The notes below the pieces were generated by a model, which was not told where the DNA came from, made no database searches, and saw only the letters and a program-made list of their open reading frames with translations. A program made the position numbers and the translations under genes. From Candidatus Saccharimonadota bacterium (lineage in GTDB: Bacteria > Patescibacteriota > Saccharimonadia > Saccharimonadales > Saccharimonadaceae), in the NCBI GenBank assembly GCA_030527585.1, contig JAUNAL010000001.1, positions 64,193 to 128,192 of the forward strand: 64,000 nucleotides of DNA. Reading direction: 5' to 3'. Below are positions 35,225 through 44,841 of this stretch, piece by piece (positions within the stretch are counted from its first letter, which is position 1; every line of letters begins with the position of its first letter).

Positions 35225-37936
35225 ATGTCAAAGGCCATACAAACCAAAACAAATAGGTCCAATCCAAAATCTTTCCGCCAAGGACAGCTTTCTCATTTCA
35301 TTTTTGTACTACGTCACGGTCTAAAAAAGATTCAAGAATTTTTAGGCCTTTTTCCATATCTAAAAACTCTCTTTCCGTGGCGTAGTGGCACTTTTATCAA
35401 GAAAAGTGTTAGATTCCGGACCGTAGCATTTTCCGCTATCTTCGTTTTTGCGATTCTAAATCTCGCAATTATCTTCCCAGTCAGCTTCTCAGCGAATAAA
35501 ACCGATGCTACCCCCTCCGTCAACGACCCAACTATCACTCTCGAAGTCACTAACCCAACTGCCTCAGTAGACCTTTCAGTTGAATCGGTAGACGGAACCT
35601 TTGCCTCTTCCTCTTCTTCGGCTACTTTCTTAGTTAAAACAAATAACTTCTCCGGCTATAAACTCTCCATTCTTTCTAATAGTGATAATGGACTCTTAAT
35701 CGGAAAAGGAAATACCCTATCTTCTATCGACAATGCCGTATCGGAAAGCTCTTTCTCAGACGCGGCTAATACTATCTATAATGGTAAATGGGGATATAAG
35801 CCAAACAAACTAAACTCTAGTGACAACTCTAACTATCTACCAGCTCCAACTACTGACGGAACTATTCTGGACACCGTTAACAACCCAGTTCCAAGTGGCA
35901 ATAATTATAGTATTTCTATTGGCGCCAGAGCAGATTACAATAACCAAGTCACAACTTACGACAATGTCTTTACTGTTACCGCCATCTCTAACCCTCTCCC
36001 AACCTTTATCCAAGATTACACTACCGCCATGTGTGTTGCTGAAGCCGCAGACGCCCCAGTCACCGTAACAGACTTCCGCGATGGAAAAACCTATACCGTC
36101 CGCTACATCAACGGTAACTGCTGGATGACGCAGAACCTAGCTTTAGAACCAGGCTCCACTCTAACGCCTCTTACCTCTAATGTTTCTTCAAATTACACTC
36201 TTCCAACTACGCAATTAGAAGGGAATACTCTAAGTTATGGCGAGCCGCAAACAACTTGCTCTAGTAATCCAGATTACGGTTGCTATTATAACTATGCCGC
36301 TGCCTCCGCCGGGACTATCGTTGGTGATTCTAGTGTCATCGAAGCAGCTTATTCTATTTGTCCAGCTGGCTGGAGATTGCCAAGTTCGACTCAAATGCAG
36401 GGGATCCTTCAGAATGTAGAAGAATTTTCTCCATCTATGGCAGGCCTTTATCCTGGCGGCGGGTCTCTTATGGTCGCGGGAGAACAAGGTTATTTTTGGA
36501 CATCTACTAAAGCTGCAGATGTACCAGATTACAGTCGCGAAGCTCTTTACTATGATCAGACTAATGGTTTACGAGTGGATACTTACAACGGCCGAGATTG
36601 GGGAGAATCTATCCGTTGCATCCGCACCGCCCAAACCATCATCAACTTTAACGGCAACGGCGCAGAATCTGGCGAAATGGGTCCGCAACGCATTTCTAAC
36701 GGCACAACCGCAAATCTCATCACTAGTGGCTTCACAAAGTCTGGTTATGTTGTAACTAGCTGGAATACCGAGCCAGACGGCTCTGGAACTAGCTACCCAG
36801 CTGGCGGGGAATACGCCGCCGCAGAGGGGACTGAAGATGTGGATGTTACGCTTTATGCGCAGTGGACTAAATATGGTGGTGAGATGCAGAGCTATTCTTA
36901 CTTTAGCTGTCGAGCTAATGCTGCGAACGAGCCAGTCATCTTAACCGATGCAAGAGACAATAAACTCTATTCAGTGCGGTACATTGCAGATAACTGCTGG
37001 ATGACCCAGAACTTAGCATATGACCTCACAGGGGTTACGACCCTTACCTCAGACACTTCAGACGTAACTGGAACCGTAAACTTCGGCGGCGAAGGACAGC
37101 CACCAGTCCCAGTAGATTCGATGGCATATTCCTATACAGACCCATACTTCCACATCTACACGGAAAGCGAACGAAACGGTCTAACTGCAGAACAGCTAGG
37201 CATCCTTTATAACTATGCGGCTGCTTCGGCGGGAACTATTAGGAACGATCCAAGTACGGATTCAAGCACCGCTCCAGCTGAACAATCTATCTGCCCAGCA
37301 GGTTGGACATTACCAACCTACGCCCAAACTCAGTCTCTCGTTCCGGCTGGCGGCTATAACTGGGATACAACTTACGAAGGCGTTTTCTCTCCGGTTGCTA
37401 GTGGCTACTTCGACGATGGCTCGCTCTACAATGTCGGGTCGTACGGCCTCTTCTGGTCTTCTACGGCGCTCAGTGCCGTCAATCGTTACTACCTCTACTA
37501 CAGCGTTGGCGGTGGGTTGCGCTCTGGCCGCAGCCTCGTTCGGGTCTACGGGCTCTCGGTGCGCTGTGTTCAAAAAGCCCCAACTTATGCCATTTCCAAA
37601 TCCTCCAACATCAACGACGAAGGCGTCTCAACCGGTAGCTATGCCAATAACTCTAATGTCACAGATACCGTCACCATCCCAGGCGCTAACTCTCTCAAAG
37701 TCACTATTACTTACCAAACCGAATCTACTAGCTATGACTGGGTCGCTATCTACCCATCCGACATCACTCCATCCCAGTCTAACTATTCATCATCCATTAG
37801 CGGCAAACTAGGCGGCACTACTAAAACCACCAAAGAATTTACCGTTTCTGGCGACACTGTAAAAATTTACTTCAAAACCGACGGCTCCGTAAATAACTAC
37901 TATGGCTATTACGCGATTATTGAGAAGGCGTCGTAG
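35225..37936 (+). CDS. Surface protein with two Fib_succ_major (FISUMP/CLec-like) domains and an InlB B-repeat; probable DGR target
   Basis: Two copies of D.RD.K.Y.V......CWMTQNL / YNYAAASAGT / SICPAGW.LP / S.RC; FNGNG...WNT.PDGSG...LYAQW repeat; N-terminal TM helix. Confidence 0.85.
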   Translation: MSKAIQTKTNRSNPKSFRQGQLSHFIFVLRHGLKKIQEFLGLFPYLKTLFPWRSGTFIKKSVRFRTVAFSAIFVFAILNLAIIFPVSFSANKTDATPSVNDPTITLEVTNPTASVDLSVESVDGTFASSSSSATFLVKTNNFSGYKLSILSNSDNGLLIGKGNTLSSIDNAVSESSFSDAANTIYNGKWGYKPNKLNSSDNSNYLPAPTTDGTILDTVNNPVPSGNNYSISIGARADYNNQVTTYDNVFTVTAISNPLPTFIQDYTTAMCVAEAADAPVTVTDFRDGKTYTVRYINGNCWMTQNLALEPGSTLTPLTSNVSSNYTLPTTQLEGNTLSYGEPQTTCSSNPDYGCYYNYAAASAGTIVGDSSVIEAAYSICPAGWRLPSSTQMQGILQNVEEFSPSMAGLYPGGGSLMVAGEQGYFWTSTKAADVPDYSREALYYDQTNGLRVDTYNGRDWGESIRCIRTAQTIINFNGNGAESGEMGPQRISNGTTANLITSGFTKSGYVVTSWNTEPDGSGTSYPAGGEYAAAEGTEDVDVTLYAQWTKYGGEMQSYSYFSCRANAANEPVILTDARDNKLYSVRYIADNCWMTQNLAYDLTGVTTLTSDTSDVTGTVNFGGEGQPPVPVDSMAYSYTDPYFHIYTESERNGLTAEQLGILYNYAAASAGTIRNDPSTDSSTAPAEQSICPAGWTLPTYAQTQSLVPAGGYNWDTTYEGVFSPVASGYFDDGSLYNVGSYGLFWSSTALSAVNRYYLYYSVGGGLRSGRSLVRVYGLSVRCVQKAPTYAISKSSNINDEGVSTGSYANNSNVTDTVTIPGANSLKVTITYQTESTSYDWVAIYPSDITPSQSNYSSSISGKLGGTTKTTKEFTVSGDTVKIYFKTDGSVNNYYGYYAIIEKAS
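37379..37570 (+). other. Putative DGR variable region (VR)
   Basis: 64 consecutive codons, none ending in A; NNC/NNT codons at the CLec ligand positions, ending in G.SVRCV. Confidence 0.7.
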
Positions 37937-37974
37937 CCCATCCCAAAACTCCGAAAATATGTTATAATTAAAGA

Positions 37975-40926
37975 ATGAAATATAGAGCTGGAGAACGCCG
38001 GAAGGCCATAGAATACGAAAAATCCATCGCTGAGTGGTGGAAAAAGAATAAAACTTTCGAGAAATCGGTCGAATCTCGCCCGATTGATAACCAATACGTC
38101 TTCTACGACGGCCCTCCATTTATTACCGGAAACCCACACCACGGCACCCTTCTTAGCTCTATCGTCAAAGACGCCGTCCCACGTTTCTGGACTATGAATG
38201 GTAAACGCGTCGAACGCCGTTGGGGTTGGGACTGCCACGGCCTCCCAGCCGAAAACTTCGTCGAGAAACAGCTCGGTATTAAAGACCGCCGCGAAATCGG
38301 CACAAAATGGTCTCTCGAAGACTATATCTTAAAGGCCAAAGAATCTATGGTCGCAAACTCCGAAACTTGGCGGGGAACGATTGACCGAATTGGTCGCTGG
38401 GTCGACTTCGATAATTGTTACCGCACGATGGATAAAGATTATATGGAATCGGTTTGGTGGGCATTCAAATCACTCTACGAAGCCGGTAAAATCTACGAAG
38501 GACGCAAAGTCTTAATGTATGATACGAAGTTCGCGACCCCGGTCTCTAAGGCTGAAGTAACGATGGACAACGACGCCTACCAGACCGTCACCGACCCTTC
38601 CGCCTACGTTAAATTCCATCTTAAAGATTCCGATTTAACCCTTCTCGCCTGGACGACAACCCCTTGGACTCTACCGGCAAACCTTGCCCTTGCCGTTCAC
38701 CCAGATCTCGAATATGGCGTTTACGCTGTCGATGGTGAAAAACTCGTCGTCGCAGTCGAACTTGGAAAAAAGTTATTCGGCGAAGATAAAAAACCTACTC
38801 AGGCCTATAAAGGCTCCCATTTTGTCGGCAAAAAATATGAGCCAATCCTAAACGTCGCCGACGGCCTCTTCGACCTTGGTTCAAATGGCGATAAAGGCTG
38901 TATCCGCCGCAAGGATACCTATACCGTCCTTCCTGCCGACTTCGTTTCCGCTGATGACGGGACCGGGATTGTTCATATCGCTCCAGCTTACGGCGAGGAC
39001 GATTATGCTTTGGCGAGTAAATACGAGCTCGATTTTGTCGACTGTCTTGATGAGAATGGCTATTATCTTCCAGAAATGGCGGAAGAACTGCATAATCTCG
39101 GCGTCCGTGACACCGACGAAAACGGCATCCAGGTCTGGGCTGGTAATAAATTCATCGCTAAATGCCTCGAGGAAAAGGGAATTATTTATAAAATCGATTA
39201 CATAAAGCATGAATACCCGTTTAACCCTCGCTCGAAAGAACGCATCATCTACCGCGCCTTTCCGTCCTGGTTCTTTGATATCGAGGGTCAAAAATCTCTC
39301 ATGCTTTCCGAAAATGAGAACATCAACTGGTTCCCAGCCTATCTAAAACACGGCCGTTTTGCTAAAAACATCGAAGCCGCCCCAGATTGGAATCTTTCGC
39401 GCGACCGTTTTTGGGCAACCGCCATGCCAGTCTGGAAGGGCGACAAGGGAACCATAAAAGTTGTCGGCTCCTATAAAGAACTTGAAGAACTCTCCGGAAA
39501 GTCCCTCGAAGATTATCACCGCCCATGGGTCGACGGAATCACTTTTGACATCGACGGCGAACATTTTACCCGCATCGAGAAAGTCCTGGACTGCTGGTTT
39601 GAATCTGGCTCAATGCCGTTTGCAGAACTCCATTATCCGTTTGAGAATAAAGAAAAGTTCGAGAAAAACTACCCAGCTGACTTTATCGTCGAGTATGTCG
39701 GGCAAGTTCGCGCCTGGTTCTACTATGTCCACGCCGTTAACGTTGCTCTCGCCGAGGTCGGGGCTTTTGGCGACAAAGCGAAAACCGGCGCCAAGAACGC
39801 CTATAAAAACGTTATTACGACCGGGACCTTAGCCGGAAACGACGGCCGCAAAATGTCTAAATCCCTCGGCAACTTTACCGACCCGAATATCTTAATGGAT
39901 CAATATTCCGCTGATGCTCTTCGCTTCCTCTTGCTCTCGAGCCCGGTTCTCTCTGGCGAGGACTTCGCGCTTCTCGACAAAGACGTCTCCGACGTCAATC
40001 GTAAACTTGCCATGGTCTGGAATGTCTATGATTTCTTTACGACTTACGCCGAAATTGATGGTATCGATTCGGAGGACCTCAAAAACGCTAAGGAATCCGA
40101 GAATCCGCTCGACCGCTGGATTATCTCGCGCATCTACCAACTCCGCGATCAAATCACCGAGGGAATGACCGAATACAATATTCCGAAAGCCCTCGCCGAG
40201 GTTCTCCCATTCTTGGACGATCTCTCGAACTGGTTCGTCCGTCGTTCGCGCCGTCGTTTCTCGAAATCTGATGACGAGGCCGACAAACTTTCCGCCTATA
40301 GCACGCTTTACTTCGTCTTGGTCTATCTTAGCAAAATTCTCGCCCCGTTCACCCCATTCCTTTCCGAAGAACTTTACCAGAAGTTAACTGGCGATTCCGA
40401 ATCTGTCCATCTTAAGGATTGGCCTTCATCTGGCGTGATTGACATGGATTTGATTGATGAAATGGCTCGCGCCCGCGAGATTATCACCGAGGGTCTCGCT
40501 CTCCGGATGCGCAAATCCGAGACCGAGAGCCAAATCAAAGTCCGCCAACCTCTCGCTAAATTCGTTTACACTGGTGACAAACTCGACGATTTCTATGAAC
40601 AGATTATTATGGATGAGGTTAATGTAAAGGCGGTCGAAAATGGGGCTGAGTCCTATCTTGACAAGGTTCTAACCAAGGAGCTCGAAGAAGAAGGCTATGC
40701 CCGCGATTTAATCCGCTCTATCCAATCTGCTCGTAAAAATGCCGGGCTTTCGATGGACGACCATATTAATTTGTCACTCTCGGCCGATATTCCAGAAAAC
40801 TTTATCGACCTCGTTAAAACCGAAGTTCTTGCCGACAAAATCGTAAAAGACGAAAACTATGCTTACGACGAAATCGCCAAGCTAAAAGGGAACAATATTA
40901 CAATTTCGTTAGAAAAAAATAACTAA
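37975..40926 (+). CDS. ileS: Isoleucine--tRNA ligase (type 2)
   Basis: FYDGPPF..G.PHHG, GWDCHGLP, WTTTPWTLP, GTGIVHIAP, KMSKS. Confidence 0.97.
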   Translation: MKYRAGERRKAIEYEKSIAEWWKKNKTFEKSVESRPIDNQYVFYDGPPFITGNPHHGTLLSSIVKDAVPRFWTMNGKRVERRWGWDCHGLPAENFVEKQLGIKDRREIGTKWSLEDYILKAKESMVANSETWRGTIDRIGRWVDFDNCYRTMDKDYMESVWWAFKSLYEAGKIYEGRKVLMYDTKFATPVSKAEVTMDNDAYQTVTDPSAYVKFHLKDSDLTLLAWTTTPWTLPANLALAVHPDLEYGVYAVDGEKLVVAVELGKKLFGEDKKPTQAYKGSHFVGKKYEPILNVADGLFDLGSNGDKGCIRRKDTYTVLPADFVSADDGTGIVHIAPAYGEDDYALASKYELDFVDCLDENGYYLPEMAEELHNLGVRDTDENGIQVWAGNKFIAKCLEEKGIIYKIDYIKHEYPFNPRSKERIIYRAFPSWFFDIEGQKSLMLSENENINWFPAYLKHGRFAKNIEAAPDWNLSRDRFWATAMPVWKGDKGTIKVVGSYKELEELSGKSLEDYHRPWVDGITFDIDGEHFTRIEKVLDCWFESGSMPFAELHYPFENKEKFEKNYPADFIVEYVGQVRAWFYYVHAVNVALAEVGAFGDKAKTGAKNAYKNVITTGTLAGNDGRKMSKSLGNFTDPNILMDQYSADALRFLLLSSPVLSGEDFALLDKDVSDVNRKLAMVWNVYDFFTTYAEIDGIDSEDLKNAKESENPLDRWIISRIYQLRDQITEGMTEYNIPKALAEVLPFLDDLSNWFVRRSRRRFSKSDDEADKLSAYSTLYFVLVYLSKILAPFTPFLSEELYQKLTGDSESVHLKDWPSSGVIDMDLIDEMARAREIITEGLALRMRKSETESQIKVRQPLAKFVYTGDKLDDFYEQIIMDEVNVKAVENGAESYLDKVLTKELEEEGYARDLIRSIQSARKNAGLSMDDHINLSLSADIPENFIDLVKTEVLADKIVKDENYAYDEIAKLKGNNITISLEKNN

Positions 40927-41030
40927 CTTCCACGCGAAACCCGTTCACCGCCCGTCTTTACGGGGGCTCACTCTGAAAATCCCGGCTCGGGATTTTCTTT
41001 ATGTTTCGCTTTGAAAGTTAGCTATTTTTT
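40914..41030 (-). repeat. Structured dispersed element, copy 2 (inverted orientation)
   Basis: Reverse complement AAAGCGAAACATAAAGAAAATCCCGAGCCGGGATTTTCAGAG...CCCGTAAAGACGGG...GGGTTTCGCGTGGAA with its own 18-bp outer stem. Confidence 0.85.
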
Positions 41031-41177
41031 GAGACAAACACACCTGTTAACTTGACTTTTTTCAAAAATAAAGCATAAACACTATTGACTTTTTCGATAA
41101 AGTGTGCTATACTCAAAATAAGTTAGAAAACAAAACAAACATTCTAACAAATAATAATAAAAACAAAAAGGAACAAA

Positions 41178-41339
41178 ATGGCGGAAAAACTTAACGACAA
41201 TCTACAATTTGAGTTTTATCAAGCGGAAAGGGATTATGCCTCGCCAGCAGAGATGAGCCCAGCCGCAAGAGAAAGGATCAAACGGAGAAATACACGGCTT
41301 GGTAAACTTGCGCTCGCAGCATTAAAATACCAAGCCTAA
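41178..41339 (+). CDS. 53-aa small protein, not in the ORF track
   Basis: MAEKLNDNLQFEFYQAERDYASPAEMSPAARERIKRRNTRLGKLALAALKYQA; promoter TTGACT..TGCTATACT, SD AAGGA, downstream terminator. Confidence 0.65.
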   Translation: MAEKLNDNLQFEFYQAERDYASPAEMSPAARERIKRRNTRLGKLALAALKYQA

Positions 41340-41376
41340 CAAAACAATCAAACACCAAAACAGACTAGCCAAAATA

Positions 41377-41403
41377 AAAACCGAACAACTTGTTCGGTTT
41401 TTT
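41377..41403 (+). terminator. Rho-independent terminator
   Basis: AAAACCGAACA-act-TGTTCGGTTTTT. Confidence 0.8.
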
Positions 41404-41479
41404 CTTATTCTCAACAAAGTTGACCAAAACACACGCTTATGCTAATCTAATAACAGAAAGGTCAATAAAAACAAGCACT

Positions 41480-41806
41480 ATGAACGATTATCTCGTCGAT
41501 CGGGAAACTCTGGGCCAGTTTGTCGATGCGCTGATAGCGCAAAAATACCAAAATCAGCCCGACGCGAATCTTGAAACTGTCCGCGAGGAAGCAATTCAAA
41601 AACTCGACGACCAAATTTCCCAAGCGATTTTCGGCTCACTCTCTAAAGAGCAACTTGCCGAGATTAACAAAATTTTTGATCAGAACGAAGAAAACCCAGC
41701 GGTTTTTCAGGAGTTTTTCCAGAATGCGAATATCGACCTTCAGCAAATTATTTCTAGAACCGTGCTTGCTTATAAAACCGATTTCTTAGGAGGTGAAAAT
41801 GCCTAA
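41480..41806 (+). CDS. Small helical hypothetical protein (resembles CPR DUF5663-type)
   Basis: LDDQI..AI..SLS.EQLAE pattern; start placed at the ATG at 41480. Confidence 0.6.
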   Translation: MNDYLVDRETLGQFVDALIAQKYQNQPDANLETVREEAIQKLDDQISQAIFGSLSKEQLAEINKIFDQNEENPAVFQEFFQNANIDLQQIISRTVLAYKTDFLGGENA

Positions 41807-43298
41807 TCCAGAAAAGTTAACCAGTAAAGTTGAGACCGCCGCAGAAGTCTCGCGCGAAACCCTTGAACATCGCGGCGAAAAAACTTTGGAAGCCAAGGCC
41901 CAGGTTGAAGAAGCAGAAAAAGCAAAACGCATCGCCGAACTTCGCGCCCAAATCGCTGAAGAGGACGCCAAGATTGCAGAAATAGACGCCAAACTCGCAG
42001 AACTCGACGCCAAGGAAGCAGAAAAAACCAGTGAAACTATCACCGAGGAAGAAAACACCACAGGGGACACCGAAGCTGGTGCCGAAAATGAAGAAACCAG
42101 CGAAACTGAAGACGACTCTGTTGAAAAAACTAGCGAAAAAGGAAAGAAAAGCCCAGGTTTAAAGAAATTACTTATTACGGCTACCGCTATCATTCTTGCC
42201 GGAACGCTTGGCGTTGGTGCTGTCGTAGCTCAGGGCTTTGGTAAGAAGAAAAACCCGGCTCCTAGCCCAAACCCAGGCTCTAAGGTTGAGTCAGTAGTGG
42301 ACAATGGTGAAGAAGCTGAAAAAATCGGTATCTACGACGGTTACGGCGAAAAGGGGATGTGGCTTTCGGAAAACAAGACCGGACCATACAACTTTGCCAA
42401 CGCCGCCGAAGTCGCCGAAGCATGCAAAAATGATGAATGTGAAATGATAAAATACACTGCCGAGAATCAAGTTGAAAGTTTTGCGGATTATATGGCAAAT
42501 CTTCCAGAAGAACTCCAGCCGGAAGGATTCAAGGGGCTCAGCATCATCGAAACCGAGCGGAAACTCGAAAGCCTTAGTGATGAAGAATACGAAGCGATTC
42601 AAAAACAATTCAACGAGACTATCGACAACGCTTTCACCCGCCGGGTAGTCCTAAATGGTCGCTATGACAACGCCTATATGTCTAAAAAAGACCCAAGCGG
42701 CGAAGCGGTTCATGATAACATGCAAGTTGTTCGCTGCGTGACAAACGAAAATAATCTTGAAGTTACCCAGTTCTTTTGGACGGACGCTGAAGGGAAAGAA
42801 ATCGGCAACATGACAGTTAAAATGTCTCCAGTTTATGACGAGAATGGTGAGCAAGTTGGATTTAGGGGATGCAATCAAGCCGTCAACGAACAAGGGAATA
42901 GCCCAATTTATGAAGACCTTCCAGAAGTCGAGGACCCAGACGAAGAAACTCCGCCTGAGAATCCAGAAGAAAAACCGGTCGAAAATCCAGAAGAAACCCC
43001 AAAACCAAAAAACCCTGAAAACCAACAAAAAATTATTGAAGAAGCGCCGCTCACGAACCCAGTCGAACAAACCTCCTCTGAAGAAGTTGAGCGAACGCCA
43101 GTTACTACTGAGCCTAAGATAGAATCAGGGAATCAAGAGACGAAAACGGAAAACATGGTTGTCGATGAGACGCTAACTCAAGAAGAACAGGAAGCGAATC
43201 ATCGAGCTCAAGTTGAGGCTGATGAAAATGAAATTACGGAATCCGCCCCAGTAGAAGAACAAAATGAACTTTTAAGACAACTATTCGGCAACCAATAA
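41799..43298 (+). CDS. Acidic single-pass membrane protein
   Basis: Coiled-coil/acidic N-terminus, TM helix after KKLL, PEE/PVE repeats. Confidence 0.8.
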   Translation: MPNPEKLTSKVETAAEVSRETLEHRGEKTLEAKAQVEEAEKAKRIAELRAQIAEEDAKIAEIDAKLAELDAKEAEKTSETITEEENTTGDTEAGAENEETSETEDDSVEKTSEKGKKSPGLKKLLITATAIILAGTLGVGAVVAQGFGKKKNPAPSPNPGSKVESVVDNGEEAEKIGIYDGYGEKGMWLSENKTGPYNFANAAEVAEACKNDECEMIKYTAENQVESFADYMANLPEELQPEGFKGLSIIETERKLESLSDEEYEAIQKQFNETIDNAFTRRVVLNGRYDNAYMSKKDPSGEAVHDNMQVVRCVTNENNLEVTQFFWTDAEGKEIGNMTVKMSPVYDENGEQVGFRGCNQAVNEQGNSPIYEDLPEVEDPDEETPPENPEEKPVENPEETPKPKNPENQQKIIEEAPLTNPVEQTSSEEVERTPVTTEPKIESGNQETKTENMVVDETLTQEEQEANHRAQVEADENEITESAPVEEQNELLRQLFGNQ

Positions 43299-43315
43299 CA
43301 ACAAAGGAGGACTTC

Positions 43316-44224
43316 ATGAAAACAATACAGAAAAATCTTACGACGGTTACAACTGCTACGTTACTTACTCTAACGTCCTCAATCGGCGTTTCCGCTTGGG
43401 GACCAGAACGTCCAACATACACTAACGAGGAGCCTGCCAAAAGCGCCACCTTTAACTCAATCACGAATAACGCCGCAGTGGGTGACGAGCGAGACTTCGT
43501 CCGCATCGAAGAGAAATCATCCGGGCGCGCCTATTCTAGTAATATCGAAATTGAAGCCGGGAAGCAATATGAAGTTTTCATCTACTATCACAACGACGCT
43601 TCCGCAACTTTTAACAGCGAAAAATATAATTTCGCCGGCGTCGCCCGCGATGTTAGACTCTCGTCAAACTTCCCAGATTCCTTAGCCGCCGGAGAGACCG
43701 GACAGGTTGTCGGCACTATCTCATCTTCAACCACAACCCCGGCTAAAGTTTGGGATGAAGCCAACATCACCGCTAAAGAAGCCGTCACCCTGCACTACGT
43801 CGAAGGCTCCGCCATTATCTCAAACTCGCAGGCTTCAAATGGCTCCGTCCTCCCAACCTCCCTCTTTTCCGACACTGGCACCTTCCTCTCGATTGACTAC
43901 ACTGGCGAAAATGCCGCCACCCTCGCCGGCCTAATCCCAGGTTGCGACGAATATAGCGGAGTCGTTACTTACACAATCCAAACTAAGGCAGTTGAGGGCC
44001 TAGTTCCAAATCCAGAAGACCCGACACCGGAGGACCCGACCCCAGAAGAACAACTCCCAGACGAAATCGTCAAAACTGGCCCCCTCGAGATCACCCTCGC
44101 GATTCTTATTATCCTCGGTATCGGTGGCGGATTCTTCTACCTCTGGAAAACCCGCAAAACCCTAAAAACCGTCGAAGACGTCGTATCGGGCAAAGATGTA
44201 GGGGAAAATAGCAAAAATTCCTAA
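43316..44224 (+). CDS. Secreted or surface protein with a C-terminal xKTG-TM-basic anchor
   Basis: Signal peptide, WGPERPTYT, FNSITNN...GDERDFV, PEDPT repeats, VKTGP + TM + KTRK. Confidence 0.8.
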   Translation: MKTIQKNLTTVTTATLLTLTSSIGVSAWGPERPTYTNEEPAKSATFNSITNNAAVGDERDFVRIEEKSSGRAYSSNIEIEAGKQYEVFIYYHNDASATFNSEKYNFAGVARDVRLSSNFPDSLAAGETGQVVGTISSSTTTPAKVWDEANITAKEAVTLHYVEGSAIISNSQASNGSVLPTSLFSDTGTFLSIDYTGENAATLAGLIPGCDEYSGVVTYTIQTKAVEGLVPNPEDPTPEDPTPEEQLPDEIVKTGPLEITLAILIILGIGGGFFYLWKTRKTLKTVEDVVSGKDVGENSKNS

Positions 44225-44318
44225 GCGAAACATGAAGAAAATCGGAAGCTCCGATTTTCAGAGCGGACACCCGTAAAGACGGGCTGTCCGCGGGTTTCGC
44301 ATGGAATTTTTCTATTCC
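44205..44318 (+). repeat. Structured dispersed element, copy 3
   Basis: CCTAAG/CATGG loop; core nearly identical to 17328-17412 with a compensatory hairpin change. Confidence 0.85.
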
Positions 44319-44375
44319 TATATTGCATTTTAGATAGATGTATGCTATAATACACAAAGTTAACAAAGGAATTAT

Positions 44376-44684
44376 ATGAAGAAAGCAGTTATCCTCGTTG
44401 GCGGGAAGCAATATCTCGTCGAGGAAAAAGAGACCCTACGGGTGGACCTCCTCCCGGCAGGAACCAAAGAGCTCGAGACTGATGCTTTACTCGTTATCGA
44501 CGGCGACAATGTAACCGTTGGCACTCCAACAGTAAAAGGCGTAAAAGTTTCGGCAAAGGTTGTAACCGAAGAAGTTAAAGGCGACAAAATTCGCGTCATC
44601 CGCTACCATAGCAAAAAACGCGTCCATAAAGAAAACGGTCATCGCCAGAAATACACCGAAATTGAAATCGTCAAAATCGGCTAA
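44376..44684 (+). CDS. rplU: 50S ribosomal protein L21
   Basis: AVI..GGKQY.V, GHRQ.YT. Confidence 0.96.
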   Translation: MKKAVILVGGKQYLVEEKETLRVDLLPAGTKELETDALLVIDGDNVTVGTPTVKGVKVSAKVVTEEVKGDKIRVIRYHSKKRVHKENGHRQKYTEIEIVKIG

Positions 44685-44691
44685 ATTCTAG

Positions 44692-44716
44692 AAAATCCCC
44701 CTCCCGGGGGGATTTT
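44692..44716 (+). terminator. Rho-independent terminator
   Basis: AAAATCCCCCT-ccc-GGGGGGATTTTT. Confidence 0.8.
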
Positions 44717-44841
44717 TGATGCCTAAGAACCTACCAAACATTTCGTCTATTAGACGCTTTGTCCCCCACCGCCTGATTCTCATATTAGACAAAGTGTCTA
44801 ATATGTTAAAATCACCCCAAGTGGAGAAGGAAGGATTTTTT

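Noticed and set aside
42940-44060. Short tandem repeats (CCAGAAGA-type; GACCCGAC twice)
   Set aside because: They encode PEE and PEDPT linkers of surface proteins and are not an independent DNA element
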